Source of the DNA: Candidatus Spyradenecus sp.
GTDB taxonomy: Bacteria; Verrucomicrobiota; Verrucomicrobiia; Opitutales; UBA953
NCBI GenBank assembly: GCA_045535075.1
Contig: JAZSKX010000012.1
Location: forward strand, 1 to 26,495
Direction: 5' to 3'
DNA: 26,495 nucleotides
Under the pieces are notes generated by a model. The model was not told the DNA's origin. It searched no databases and saw only the letters and a list, made by a program, of their open reading frames with translations. Both the position numbers and the translations under genes were made by a program. Below, one piece after another: positions 1 to 9,686 of the stretch. Numbering within the stretch: the stretch's first letter is position 1; each line of letters opens with the position of its first letter.

Positions 1-146
1 GGGCAATAATAATGAAAGGTGTGAAGTTGGGGGCATGTTGCGTCGTTGGGGCAGGTGCGGTTGTTACTGAGGGGGATTATCCCGACGGTAGCCTTATTGT
101 AGGGAATCCGGCAAAAGTTGTGAAAATTTATCCGATAGAAAAATGA
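1..146 (+). CDS. C-terminal fragment of a left-handed beta-helix (hexapeptide repeat) O-acetyltransferase, 5' truncated by the window edge
   Basis: Not in the ORF track. The frame from nt 3 reads AIIMKGVKLGACCVVGAGAVVTEGDYPDGSLIVGNPAKVVKIYPIEK*, with the typical 'VGAGAVVT...GNPAKVVK' LbH ending. The stop TGA at 144-146 overlaps the next ATG (ATGA). Confidence 0.85.
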   Translation, partial: AIIMKGVKLGACCVVGAGAVVTEGDYPDGSLIVGNPAKVVKIYPIEK

Positions 147-949
147 AAATTTCAATTATTACCGTTTGCTTCAACAGCGAAAAATATATTCGGGAGACGA
201 TAGAAAGCGTCATTACTCAAGATTATCCCGATATCGAGTATATCGTCATTGATGGTGCGTCGAAAGATAGGACGGTTTCCATTATCAACGAATATAAAAG
301 TAAAATCGCGTATTTCGTCTCGGAAAAAGACAAAAATATGTATGATGCAATTAATAAGGGGATGCGTGTTGCAACGGGAGAATATATCGCGATACTGAAT
401 TCGGATGATTTTTACGTTTCTCCTACGGTTGTTTCTCGTGTAGCGGGAAAACTTAAATCTTTGGATAAATCAAAATATTTAGGCGTATATGGTGATTTAG
501 TAAAAATAGATGAGCAGGGACGTTCCCGTGGAATACGACGCGGGATTCAAGTTTCGTTTAAAGGACTATTAGCTTCGGAGCAATTAACCTTCGTCGGTCA
601 TGGAACGGTGTTTTTGCATCGTTCGGTGTTGGGAAAAGTCGGTTTTTACGCGGATGAATTGTTTTCTGCCGCGTGTGATTACGATTATTTGTTACGGTGT
701 TTTAAGTTAAAACCGTTAAAGCATATTGCCGTTCCCGTAATGGGATTTCGTGATCATCCGGAGAGTATTACATCATCCGGGAAAATCGGGCAGGAAGTGC
801 GTGCTGTTTTATTGAAAAACGGCTGGAATAAACGTTCCCGTTTACTGTATCTGACGCTTTGGGGGATTTGGTGTATAAAAAATTTTAGAGCAGTTCTTCG
901 TTCAGGAGGAAAGCGCTTGTTGAGAGCTGTAGGAGAAGATTCAAAATAA
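143..949 (+). CDS. Glycosyltransferase family 2 (WcaE/WfgS-like)
   Basis: MKISIITVCFNSEKYI...EYIVIDGASKD...YDAINKG...ILNSDD (DXD) and a later DYD motif. Confidence 0.92.
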   Translation: MKISIITVCFNSEKYIRETIESVITQDYPDIEYIVIDGASKDRTVSIINEYKSKIAYFVSEKDKNMYDAINKGMRVATGEYIAILNSDDFYVSPTVVSRVAGKLKSLDKSKYLGVYGDLVKIDEQGRSRGIRRGIQVSFKGLLASEQLTFVGHGTVFLHRSVLGKVGFYADELFSAACDYDYLLRCFKLKPLKHIAVPVMGFRDHPESITSSGKIGQEVRAVLLKNGWNKRSRLLYLTLWGIWCIKNFRAVLRSGGKRLLRAVGEDSK

Positions 950-2257
950 ATGGAGAGTTTGGTTATGAAAACATCTGCATTCTTTTGCCTTTTGATGATT
1001 TTTTTACTGCCGTTTACGCATGCATTTGCGGTGAATTTCGTTTTGTGTCTTCCGGTAGTTACAGCGATTTTACTTTTTGTGGTCGGAACGCTTTGTGTTC
1101 GAACGACTCGAAATCCGTTTCGAACGAGCGATTTGTTCCTATTGGGGTTGTGGGTGTTATTGTCCGTTTCAATTGTGTTTGGAACAATGACGACAACAGC
1201 GATAAATCACTGGCTTGCATATACAACTTTTATTCTTGTGGTTTACTTTGGTGGGGGGCGTGTAATCGCCGGATTGACGGAGCGCAATCCTAATTTTTGG
1301 AATAGAATGTTAACAGCAATAACGTTTATGCTCTTAGGAGCGTGTGCTTATGCACTTGTTGATTGGTTGTTTTTTCTTACAACTGGAAGTGAAATTCCGT
1401 TGCCTCGCCCGGAGGGAGGGGGGAATGGCTCTGCGGCGGGATTTGTTCGTGCGAGAGGTTTTTTGGGCGAGCCATCAGGACTAGGAAATTTTATCTTGAT
1501 GTGGGCTCCATTAGCCATTTGGCATATCTTTTCTATTGGGCGTTCTCTTACGTTCCGGTATTTGTTCCTTGCTGTTGTTATTGGTGCTTTTTTGGCTACA
1601 TTTAGTACGAAAGGCATTCTTACGGCTCTTTCATCACTTCCCGTGGTCGTTGGGTTTATTGCACTGCGAAAAGGGCTTGATCTGAGTCGTATTGTTGGAA
1701 TTCTGTTTCTGTGTCTCGTCGGCGCGTTTGTCGTATTTGTTTCAGGGCTTGGAGACGTGATGTACGAGGCAATTGCACCTAAATTCTTCGGTAGTGATGT
1801 TTATAATGCACGTTTCGATCGGGGAATGAATGTCGTTAACTACATACAAGGTTTCCACTGGTTTGTAGGTTATGGTCCGGCTTCCTATGTAACACTTGTC
1901 GGGCATGATTCAGAGCAAAGCTTTTTATCCGGATTCGCATATTTACTGGGGGATGGAGGACTAATTGGAGTTACTCTCTTTTCCCTATTCCTATTTTCCC
2001 AACTTTTGCTTGCTCGAAAACTGAAGGATCAAGGATTGAAGATAACATTTTTTGTTACGCTGTATTATATTGTAGTCGGCGAGATCGTCGCTCCTATGCA
2101 TTACGGCATTGGGACATACTTCATCATTATTTTGTTGCATGTCGCAATTCAAAATCAAAGTAGAATTTTTAAAAACGCAGTTGTTTCTCGCGGCATGCCG
2201 TTACCGAGGAATTGGCAATGTATGCGATATTCAAGTATCCAAAGTGTAAAGAAATGA
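950..2257 (+). CDS. Polytopic membrane protein, probable Wzy O-antigen/EPS polymerase (O-antigen ligase-like family)
   Basis: About 10-12 hydrophobic segments, RARGFLGEPS and late GYGP motifs, and a position between glycosyltransferases. The true start may be the ATG at 965, which follows GGAGAG. Confidence 0.7.
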   Translation: MESLVMKTSAFFCLLMIFLLPFTHAFAVNFVLCLPVVTAILLFVVGTLCVRTTRNPFRTSDLFLLGLWVLLSVSIVFGTMTTTAINHWLAYTTFILVVYFGGGRVIAGLTERNPNFWNRMLTAITFMLLGACAYALVDWLFFLTTGSEIPLPRPEGGGNGSAAGFVRARGFLGEPSGLGNFILMWAPLAIWHIFSIGRSLTFRYLFLAVVIGAFLATFSTKGILTALSSLPVVVGFIALRKGLDLSRIVGILFLCLVGAFVVFVSGLGDVMYEAIAPKFFGSDVYNARFDRGMNVVNYIQGFHWFVGYGPASYVTLVGHDSEQSFLSGFAYLLGDGGLIGVTLFSLFLFSQLLLARKLKDQGLKITFFVTLYYIVVGEIVAPMHYGIGTYFIIILLHVAIQNQSRIFKNAVVSRGMPLPRNWQCMRYSSIQSVKK

Positions 2258-3330
2258 AAATACTTCATGTGATTAATTCGCTTTCGACGGGCGGGGCGGA
2301 GAAGTTGGTGTCGGATTTGGCTCCGCTTCAGCGGGAACGCGGGCACACGGTTGAAGTGCTTTTGCTTCGCGGAGGCGAAAGCGTGTTTCGGGCAGGTTTA
2401 GAAAGTGCGGGAATCCGGGTTTATGATTTCGGCGCGGGAACGTCGGTTTATTCTCCGTTGAATATTTTTCGGTTGATTCCGTTTATGCGGAAATATGACG
2501 TGATACACGTTCATCTCTTCCCGGCGCAGTATTGGGTGGCGATTGCGAAAGTTTTATCGTTTTCAAATACGTGTTTGGTGACTACGGAACATTCAACTCA
2601 CAATCGTCGGAGGGATATTTCTTTTTTCCGATTTTTTGATAAATGGGTGTATCGGCGCTTTACGAAAATTGTAGGGATTTCTCCAAATACGACGGCTTCG
2701 TTGGAGCGATACTTGAAGACACCGGGAAGAGTTCAAACGATTTCAAATGGAGCAGACATCGGTAAGATTCACGAGGCGGAGGCTGTTCTTCGGGAACGTG
2801 TCGTTCCCGCTGTATGTCGGTTAATGTTGATGCAGGTTGCGGGTTTTCGAGAAGCTAAAGACCAGGATTGCGTTATTCGTGCCTTAAAAAATTTTCCTTC
2901 GGACGTTCATGCCGTTTTCGTTGGAGACGGCGTGCGGCGGGAGATTTGCGAAAAGCTCTCGGAAGAACTCGGCGTGCGAGAACGCGTGCATTTTCTCGGA
3001 ATCCGTTCTGATGTTCCTGCGCTTTTGAAATCTGCGGATGTTGTCGTGATGTCGTCGCATTGGGAGGGCTTTGGATTGGCGGCTGTTGAAGGCATGGCGG
3101 CGGGAAAGCCCGTTGTTGCGTCTGATGTCCCCGGGCTTGCGGAAGTGGTCGGAGGTGCGGGAATCCTTTTTCCGAAAGGCGATGAAAAAGCTCTTGGGGA
3201 AATTATTTTAAAACTCGTTTCGGACAAAGAATTTTACGAAAAAACCGCCGCAGCCTGTTCCCGTCGGGCGCAGGATTACGATATTCGCAAAACCGCTGAG
3301 GCGTATTTGGCGGTGTATGCGGGCGGATAG
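2254..3330 (+). CDS. Glycosyltransferase family 4 (GT-B)
   Basis: MKILHVINSLSTGGAEK N-terminus, HVHLFP, TEH, and WEGFGLAAVEGMAAGKPVVASDVPG (EX7E). Start set to the ATG at 2254, which overlaps the upstream stop (ATGA). Confidence 0.93.
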   Translation: MKILHVINSLSTGGAEKLVSDLAPLQRERGHTVEVLLLRGGESVFRAGLESAGIRVYDFGAGTSVYSPLNIFRLIPFMRKYDVIHVHLFPAQYWVAIAKVLSFSNTCLVTTEHSTHNRRRDISFFRFFDKWVYRRFTKIVGISPNTTASLERYLKTPGRVQTISNGADIGKIHEAEAVLRERVVPAVCRLMLMQVAGFREAKDQDCVIRALKNFPSDVHAVFVGDGVRREICEKLSEELGVRERVHFLGIRSDVPALLKSADVVVMSSHWEGFGLAAVEGMAAGKPVVASDVPGLAEVVGGAGILFPKGDEKALGEIILKLVSDKEFYEKTAAACSRRAQDYDIRKTAEAYLAVYAGG

Positions 3331-3439
3331 ATTTTGAGCTTTTCAGCGCGAATGCTTTTGCTCGAATACAATTAAGTAGACACTTGCTATGTTCATTTTT
3401 TTGGGGAAAATGCAAAATTTTCTATGGCTTTAAGCAATA

Positions 3440-3471
3440 AAAGTCTTGCGATCGGGTAATAAAGTCTTGCG
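3440..3471 (+). promoter_or_regulatory. 11-bp direct repeat AAAGTCTTGCG x2 upstream of the PEP-CTERM gene
   Basis: Exact copies at 3440-3450 and 3461-3471, a 21-bp period. The second copy runs into the palindrome CTTGCGCAAG (3466-3475). Function is inferred only. Confidence 0.4.
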
Positions 3472-3564
3472 CAAGCCTGTTCGCTTGTTAGTCTGTTTGG
3501 TAGGAATTGTGTAGGTGTTCGCGTTTGTGGGCGTGCGATTCCGAATTAAACATTCTGATTACGT

Positions 3565-4428
3565 ATGAAATTGAAAAACTTGCTTTTCCCTTGTTCGTTT
3601 TTTTTGTTGGCGGGAACGCCTTTGGTTTCTTTGGGCTCGGAACCCGAGGCATTTTTGACGGATGGTTTAGGGATTGATTGGTTCGGCTATCGCAGTAATA
3701 CGACAAAAACCGTTTTTTCTTATGAGGACGGAAAAACGACGATGACGAATTTGGATTCGGATTCGTATGTTTGGGGGTATTTACCGCAAGCAGTTTCATT
3801 GGAAGTCGGGCAAGCTCTCACATTTGCGGGAACGGCGACATTTAATTCCGTTGCATCGTCGGGAGCTTTTTACATCGGAATTTATAATAGCGGGGTAAAT
3901 GCAAAACCGGAGACGGGAGCTACGTTTTCGAGTATCGTCGCGGGAACCTACGATATGACGGGATTTTTTGGAGGGACGAATAAGAAGGCGAGCGGAACGA
4001 CGACGCATGTTTATTCCCGTTTTGCCGGAAAAGCTCCCGGGGCAAGCGGGAGCGGCGGAGCCGGTTTTATGACTTCAAATCAGGGGGCGGCTTATATTGC
4101 TTCCGCGTCTCCGGAGATGCAGATTGAGCATCCGAGCGCGAACGTCGCGTATGAATTTTCCCTGAAAATCCTTCGAACTGCGGCAGGTTATGATGTCTTA
4201 ATGGGCGACGGGGAGCCGGTTTCTTTTGTTTCCGAAAAATCGCCGGCTTCCGGAGTATTTGATGTGATTGCGATAAAGTCGCCGGGAAGCGGAATTACGC
4301 TTTCAAATTTTTCGATTTCGACGACGGGAACGGCGATTCCGGAACCGTCGATGTTCGGATTTTTCGCAGGGATTTTTTCACTTGCAGCGTTTGTAGCGCG
4401 AAGGAGACGAAGCGGGGAAAAGTTTTGA
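3565..4428 (+). CDS. Secreted PEP-CTERM (exosortase-sorted) surface protein, Ser/Thr/Gly-rich
   Basis: N-terminal signal-peptide-like segment. The C-terminus IPEPSMFGFFAGIFSLAAFVARRRR is PEP + transmembrane helix + Arg cluster. Confidence 0.9.
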   Translation: MKLKNLLFPCSFFLLAGTPLVSLGSEPEAFLTDGLGIDWFGYRSNTTKTVFSYEDGKTTMTNLDSDSYVWGYLPQAVSLEVGQALTFAGTATFNSVASSGAFYIGIYNSGVNAKPETGATFSSIVAGTYDMTGFFGGTNKKASGTTTHVYSRFAGKAPGASGSGGAGFMTSNQGAAYIASASPEMQIEHPSANVAYEFSLKILRTAAGYDVLMGDGEPVSFVSEKSPASGVFDVIAIKSPGSGITLSNFSISTTGTAIPEPSMFGFFAGIFSLAAFVARRRRSGEKF

Positions 4429-4517
4429 GTTTGCCTTAAAAATTTGTTTTGGGGCCCGGTGCTAGAAACCGGGAGTCGGCTTTCTTTAATCTCTCATTTT
4501 CTCCGAACTTTCCGATT

Positions 4518-4533
4518 TGGCACGGCTTTTGCT
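4518..4533 (+). promoter_or_regulatory. Sigma-54 (-24/-12) promoter of clpB
   Basis: TGGCACGGCTTTTGCT matches TGGCACG-N4-TTGCW exactly, with GG at 4519-4520 and GC at 4531-4532. It ends 17 nt before the clpB ATG. Confidence 0.75.
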
Positions 4534-4550
4534 GACGCTTTAAAGGTATT

Positions 4551-7157
4551 ATGGATTTCAATAAATTTACCGAAAAAAGCCGCGAAGCCATTACTTCCGC
4601 TCAAACGATTATGTCCGAGCACGGGAACCCGATGCTCGAAACCTGGCATTTGCTCGCCGCGTTACTCAAGCAGGACGGCGGTATCGTTCCCGCGCTCCTC
4701 GCGAAGATGAAAATCGACAATGCCGGTTTTTCTCAAAACATTGAACGCGAGCTTGCGCGTCTTCCGCGCGTGAGCGGCGGCGGGAACGTGCAACAGGGCG
4801 CGGCTTCGGGAACGATTCAAAAAGTCCTCGCCAAATCCGTCGAAGAAGCCCGCGCGCTCAACGACGATTTCGTCAGCACGGAGCATCTTTTCCTCGCGCT
4901 CCTTGCCGCCGCTCCGGAAATGAAGGAAATTTTTAGGGCTTTCGACATTTCCCGCAACGCCGTGCTCGCCGCACTCAAGGAATTGCGCGGAAACCAGCGC
5001 GTAACGAGCGACAACCCGGAAGCGACTTACGATGCACTCGGCAAATACGGCGTCGATTTGGTCGACATGGCACGCAAGGGCAAACTCGATCCCGTCATCG
5101 GGCGCGACGAGGAAATTCGCCGCGTCATTCAAATTCTTTCCCGCAAAACGAAAAACAATCCCGTGCTCATCGGCGAGCCCGGCGTCGGCAAAACCGCCAT
5201 CGTCGAAGGCTTGGCGCAACGCATCGTGCGAGGCGACGTTCCCGAAGGCTTGCGCGACAAAACCGTCTTTTCCCTCGACATGGGCTCGCTGCTCGCGGGA
5301 GCGAAATATCGCGGTGAATTTGAAGAACGCCTCAAAGCCGTTTTAACCGAAATTAAAAAATCCGACGGGCGCATCTTGCTTTTCATCGACGAACTTCACA
5401 CGCTTGTCGGCGCAGGCAAAACCGACGGAGCAATGGACGCCGGGAACATGCTCAAGCCGATGCTCGCACGCGGCGAATTGCACTGCATCGGCGCAACTAC
5501 GCTCGACGAACACCGCAAATACATCGAAAAAGATGCCGCGCTCGAACGCCGATTCCAAAGCGTGCTCGTCGAGCCGCCGAGCGTCGAAGACACGATTTCG
5601 ATTCTGCGCGGCTTGCGGGAACGCTTCGAGGTGCACCACGGCGTGCGCATCATGGACAGCGCCATGGTCGAAGCCGCCGTGCTTTCCAACCGCTACATTT
5701 CCGACCGCTTTTTGCCCGACAAGGCGATCGACCTCGTCGACGAAGCCTGTGCGCAAATCCGCACCGAAATGGACTCGATGCCGGAAGAGCTCGATTCGCT
5801 TTCCCGCCGCGTCATGCAACTCGAAATCGAAGAAACGGCATTGAAAAAAGAAACCGACGAAGCGTCGAAAATCCGCCTCGAAGCTCTGCGCAAGGAGCTG
5901 ACGGAAGCACGTTCCGAAGCGACCGCTCTGCGCGCGCGTTGGGAAGCGGAAAAGGAAAGCGTCGGAAAAATCCAAAAAATCCGCGCCGAACTCGAAACCG
6001 CGCGCCACGACGCGGAAGCCGCCGAGCGTTCCCGCGATTACAACAAAGTCGGCGAACTGCGCTACGGGAAAATTCCACAGCTGGAAGCCGATTTGAAAAA
6101 ATACGAGAAAATCGCCGAAGAAAAATCCGGCGGGAACGACAAGCTTTTCCGTGAAACGGTTTCGCCCGACGAAATCGCCGAAGTCGTCGCGCGCTGGACG
6201 GGCATTCCCGCTTCAAAATTGCTCGAAGGCGAAAAACAAAAATTGCTCGGTCTTCAAAGCGAACTCGAAAAACAGGTCATCGGACAGGAAGAACCCGTGC
6301 GCCTCGTTTCCGAAGCGATTTTGCGTTCCCGCGCCGGCGTGCAGAATCCGCGTCGCCCGGTCGGAAGTTTCCTCTTTCTCGGACCGACCGGCGTCGGCAA
6401 AACCGAGCTCGCCAAGAGCCTTGCGCGTCAGCTTTTCGACAGCGAAGACGCGATGATTCGTATCGACATGTCCGAATACATGGAAAAGCATTCCGTGTCG
6501 CGCTTGGTAGGTGCGCCGCCGGGCTACGTCGGTTTTGAGGAAGGCGGGCAACTCACCGAAGCCATTCGCCGCAAGCCGTATTCCGTCGTTTTGCTCGACG
6601 AAATCGAAAAAGCGCATCCGGATGTATTTAATATTTTATTACAAATTCTCGACGACGGGCGTTTGACTGACGGACAGGGGCGCACGGTCGATTGCCGCAA
6701 CGCCGTGTTTATTCTCACGTCCAACATCGGCTCGCGCTTCCTCGTCGAAGGCGTGGAAAACGATGCGATTCCGGAACGCGTGCGGGAACAGGTGATGGCG
6801 GAATTGCGCGCCGGATTCCGTCCGGAATTTTTGAACCGCATCGACGATATCGTTTTGTTCAAACCGCTTGGCTTGAAGCAAATTTCGGCGATTGTCGACT
6901 TGATGATTGCGTCGCTGAACAAACGCTTAGAAGAACACCGCATTACGGTTTCGCTCGACAAATCCGCTCACGCGTGGATTGCCGAAAACGGCTACGATCC
7001 CGTTTACGGGGCGCGTCCCTTGCGACGTTTTATCCAAAAGGAAATTGAAACGCCGCTGGCAAAGGCGATCATCGGCGGGAACGTCGCTGACGGGCAAACG
7101 GTGAAATTTTCCAAACCGAAATCCGAAGAATCCGGTTTAAAACTCTCCGCGAAATAA
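4551..7157 (+). CDS. clpB: ATP-dependent chaperone ClpB
   Basis: Clp N-domain, two AAA+ modules (GEPGVGKT and [14 protein letters not shown] and LLDEIEKAH), coiled-coil middle domain, GYVG pore loop, GARPLRR; 868 aa. Confidence 0.97.
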   Translation: MDFNKFTEKSREAITSAQTIMSEHGNPMLETWHLLAALLKQDGGIVPALLAKMKIDNAGFSQNIERELARLPRVSGGGNVQQGAASGTIQKVLAKSVEEARALNDDFVSTEHLFLALLAAAPEMKEIFRAFDISRNAVLAALKELRGNQRVTSDNPEATYDALGKYGVDLVDMARKGKLDPVIGRDEEIRRVIQILSRKTKNNPVLIGEPGVGKTAIVEGLAQRIVRGDVPEGLRDKTVFSLDMGSLLAGAKYRGEFEERLKAVLTEIKKSDGRILLFIDELHTLVGAGKTDGAMDAGNMLKPMLARGELHCIGATTLDEHRKYIEKDAALERRFQSVLVEPPSVEDTISILRGLRERFEVHHGVRIMDSAMVEAAVLSNRYISDRFLPDKAIDLVDEACAQIRTEMDSMPEELDSLSRRVMQLEIEETALKKETDEASKIRLEALRKELTEARSEATALRARWEAEKESVGKIQKIRAELETARHDAEAAERSRDYNKVGELRYGKIPQLEADLKKYEKIAEEKSGGNDKLFRETVSPDEIAEVVARWTGIPASKLLEGEKQKLLGLQSELEKQVIGQEEPVRLVSEAILRSRAGVQNPRRPVGSFLFLGPTGVGKTELAKSLARQLFDSEDAMIRIDMSEYMEKHSVSRLVGAPPGYVGFEEGGQLTEAIRRKPYSVVLLDEIEKAHPDVFNILLQILDDGRLTDGQGRTVDCRNAVFILTSNIGSRFLVEGVENDAIPERVREQVMAELRAGFRPEFLNRIDDIVLFKPLGLKQISAIVDLMIASLNKRLEEHRITVSLDKSAHAWIAENGYDPVYGARPLRRFIQKEIETPLAKAIIGGNVADGQTVKFSKPKSEESGLKLSAK

Positions 7158-7160
7158 GTG

Positions 7161-7201
7161 AAAAAATAAGAACTCCGGCGAAACCGGAGTTCTTATTTTT
7201 T
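7161..7201. terminator. Bidirectional intrinsic terminator between convergent clpB and rodZ-like genes
   Basis: Perfect 18-bp inverted repeat AAAAAATAAGAACTCCGG-cgaaa-CCGGAGTTCTTATTTTTT with A and T tails. Confidence 0.9.
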
Positions 7202-7218
7202 TGTCTGATTGAGCTGTT

Positions 7219-8031
7219 TTATTTTGCTGGATCAATCAGCCAAGAGGTGCGATCGGAGGTCATCTGGCGCGGATTGGTTCCGAGCGGAATCAGATTGGCG
7301 TTTCCGGCGTTGGTGAAGGATTCTTTGGAAGGATATTTAATTTTACTTCCCGAAGGGACTTCCTCCCGAATGTAAAGTTTGCCGCGGGCGGTGATTTTCT
7401 TGGGGCGTCCGACGGGAACGAATTCGTCAAGAATGATTGCTCCGGCGATTGGCTTGCCGTTTTCCCAGCCTACGTATTGCTCGTGAATGGTGATTTTCTG
7501 CGGTTGATTGGTCGTGATTTCGATTTCGTAAGCAGGTGTGTTGCTAACGGCAGTCGCGGCATCCGTTGCGGCTACGTCGTTTTCGGGCGTGCACATTTTA
7601 AGCGCAAAGACGGATACGCCGGCAATCAGTAAAATCGCGGCGGCTGCCACGGCGATGGCGAGTTTGCGCGGTGTACGGACGGAGGTCGGCGGCGGCGGGA
7701 ACGAAGTCGTTCCGAACGGGTCTTCGGCATCGGTATTTTCCGTGACGGCTTGCTTAATCGGGGAGAGTCGGAATGCGCTTCGGGTGCCCGATGCCTTTGC
7801 GTTGCCGGACTCCTTAAATTCTGCAACGAGGGCGTCGGCGTTGAGTTTTAGTAATTTTGCGTAAATGCGGAGAAACCCGATACGGTAAACGGGAGCGAGG
7901 TCGATGGAGTCAAAATCGTCGTTTTCCATCGCGATGATATAATGACGGCGAATATGCGTGCGGTCGGATGCACTGCGTTCGTCGAATCCGAGTTTTTCCC
8001 GTGCTTCTTTGAGTTGTTGTCCGATGCTCAT
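7219..8031 (-). CDS. rodZ: RodZ-like protein (N-terminal HTH, single TM helix, extracytoplasmic C-terminal domain)
   Basis: MSIGQQLKEARE...THIRRHYIIAMENDDF...YRIGFLRIYAKLLKL is the RodZ HTH pattern, followed by the TM segment LAIAVAAAAILLIAGVSVF. Confidence 0.72.
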   Translation of the reverse strand: MSIGQQLKEAREKLGFDERSASDRTHIRRHYIIAMENDDFDSIDLAPVYRIGFLRIYAKLLKLNADALVAEFKESGNAKASGTRSAFRLSPIKQAVTENTDAEDPFGTTSFPPPPTSVRTPRKLAIAVAAAAILLIAGVSVFALKMCTPENDVAATDAATAVSNTPAYEIEITTNQPQKITIHEQYVGWENGKPIAGAIILDEFVPVGRPKKITARGKLYIREEVPSGSKIKYPSKESFTNAGNANLIPLGTNPRQMTSDRTSWLIDPAK

Positions 8032-8087
8032 GATTTTCTACAATTCAATGCTTGTTCGTTTTTATCGCAAGTTTTTTTGCGGCTGTT

Positions 8088-8990
8088 TTATGGGATGATG
8101 ACTTTTACCGTTGCACCGAGTTTGTTGACGTGCATTTTTCGGACACGCCAGTGAATGGACAAAGTATCACAGAAATCGGCGATTTCGTTGCCGAATCCGT
8201 CGTCATCATTTTTTACGACGGCGACAATTGTGGGACCGGCTCCGGAGACGTATGCGGTAACGGCGTTGTCGGATTCTTTAATAAAGTTGAACACTTTTTC
8301 GCCTTCGGGAACGAGTTTGAGGCGGTAGCTTTGGTGAATACGATCTTTACATCCGGCGCGGATAAGTTGTACGTCTGCTTTTTCCAGCCCTTCGAGAAGA
8401 ATCGGAATGCGTGACATATTGTAAATACAATCCGAGAGTCCGTAGGATGTCGGGAGGATCGCGCGGGCTTCTTCGGTGGAAACGCGAACGTCCGGCATGA
8501 GGGCGTAAAAACTGATGGCATCCGAAATCGGATAAACGTGCCAGTAGACGAAATCGTTTTCAATAATTGCGGCGACGAATCCTCCCAAAATCGCGGGAGC
8601 AACGTTGTCCGGGTGTCCTTCAATGAGCGAGGCGATTCGCAGGATTTCGGCTTTGTCGAAATTGAGCCCGGCAATTTGGTTTGCCGCCATAATTCCTGCG
8701 ACGATGCAGGTGGAGCTGGAGCCGAGCCCGCTACAAAGGGGAAGGTCGGTATCGAAGTGAATGCTCAGCGGCGGGACCTGACGCCCGTAGCTGGTGAGAG
8801 TCTTGGCGAGGGTTGTGTAAACAAGGTTTGTTTCTGCGCTTGCAAATTCCGGCTCGCAACCCGTGATGGTAAGCCCTTCGCCTCCGGTTTCGAATGTGAA
8901 GCGGTTAAACATATCGAACGCAACGCCCATAACGTCGAATCCCGGGCCGACGTTGGCGCTGGTTGCGGGAACGGAAATTTTAAATCGCAT
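8088..8990 (-). CDS. thrB: Homoserine kinase (GHMP family)
   Basis: VPATSANVGPGFD, PLCSGLGSSS, EGHPDNVAPA, DRIHQSYR and SGAGPT motifs. Start moved to the ATG at 8990 (MRFKISV). Confidence 0.95.
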   Translation of the reverse strand: MRFKISVPATSANVGPGFDVMGVAFDMFNRFTFETGGEGLTITGCEPEFASAETNLVYTTLAKTLTSYGRQVPPLSIHFDTDLPLCSGLGSSSTCIVAGIMAANQIAGLNFDKAEILRIASLIEGHPDNVAPAILGGFVAAIIENDFVYWHVYPISDAISFYALMPDVRVSTEEARAILPTSYGLSDCIYNMSRIPILLEGLEKADVQLIRAGCKDRIHQSYRLKLVPEGEKVFNFIKESDNAVTAYVSGAGPTIVAVVKNDDDGFGNEIADFCDTLSIHWRVRKMHVNKLGATVKVIIP

Positions 8991-9079
8991 AATCGGTTTG
9001 TAAATCGGAGGAAGTGATTTATGTTTCAACAAATTAAATACAAAAGCGTTTCCCGCGAAAAGCATGAAAGCGGGAACTA

Positions 9080-9119
9080 AGAAAATGCCGGTTGCAAACT
9101 CCGGCAACCGGCATTTTCT
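9080..9119 (-). terminator. Strong hairpin downstream of the response regulator, probable terminator
   Basis: Perfect 16-bp inverted repeat AGAAAATGCCGGTTGC-aaactccg-GCAACCGGCATTTTCT, about 25 nt after the stop at 9145. Confidence 0.75.
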
Positions 9120-9144
9120 AGAGTAAAATTGGGCTTAAACCCGA

Positions 9145-9624
9145 TTAGCCTCGGCGGAGCTTTTCGAGAAGAACGCTTTGGTCGAGAATCGGCATGTAGT
9201 CTTCGTGCGCAATGCCTTTTTCGAGAATGAAAAGCGTGAGGAGGTGTTTTGCCTGAGCGAGAAGCTCGTGCGGTTTCCACGGTTTTTCAAAATACGAATC
9301 GATATGGGCTTCGTTGACGGCGCGAATCGTATCGGCATGCGTGGCTTGCCCTGTGAGCAGGATTTTGCGCGTTCCCGCGAAGCGTTCGTCTTTGGAGATT
9401 TCTCCGAGGAGGTCGACTCCGTTTTTCCCGGGCATGACGTGGTCGGAGATAACGAGCCCGAGTTGGTCGCCGGAATCTGCGATTTCGTTAAGAAGGGTTT
9501 GCACTGCGGCGGCGGATTCGCATTCTTCGATGCGGAAGAATTTTGCGAGCGGACGGAGATCTCGCAAGACGGAGTCCAAAACTTCGGGTTGATCGTCGAC
9601 GCAGATAATATTGATTTTTTCCAT
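9145..9624 (-). CDS. Stand-alone response regulator (receiver domain, no recognisable output domain)
   Basis: MEKINIICVDDQ...VISDHVMPGKNG (phospho-Asp)...LLTGQ...EKPW. Start set to the ATG at 9624, giving 159 aa. The longer track ORF overlaps the kinase out of frame. Confidence 0.9.
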   Translation of the reverse strand: MEKINIICVDDQPEVLDSVLRDLRPLAKFFRIEECESAAAVQTLLNEIADSGDQLGLVISDHVMPGKNGVDLLGEISKDERFAGTRKILLTGQATHADTIRAVNEAHIDSYFEKPWKPHELLAQAKHLLTLFILEKGIAHEDYMPILDQSVLLEKLRRG

Positions 9625-9686
9625 GGAATGTAAGTGCTGTTGTGTTTTCGTGCTGGGAAAGATAATCGGACGGTTGGAAGAAAATT

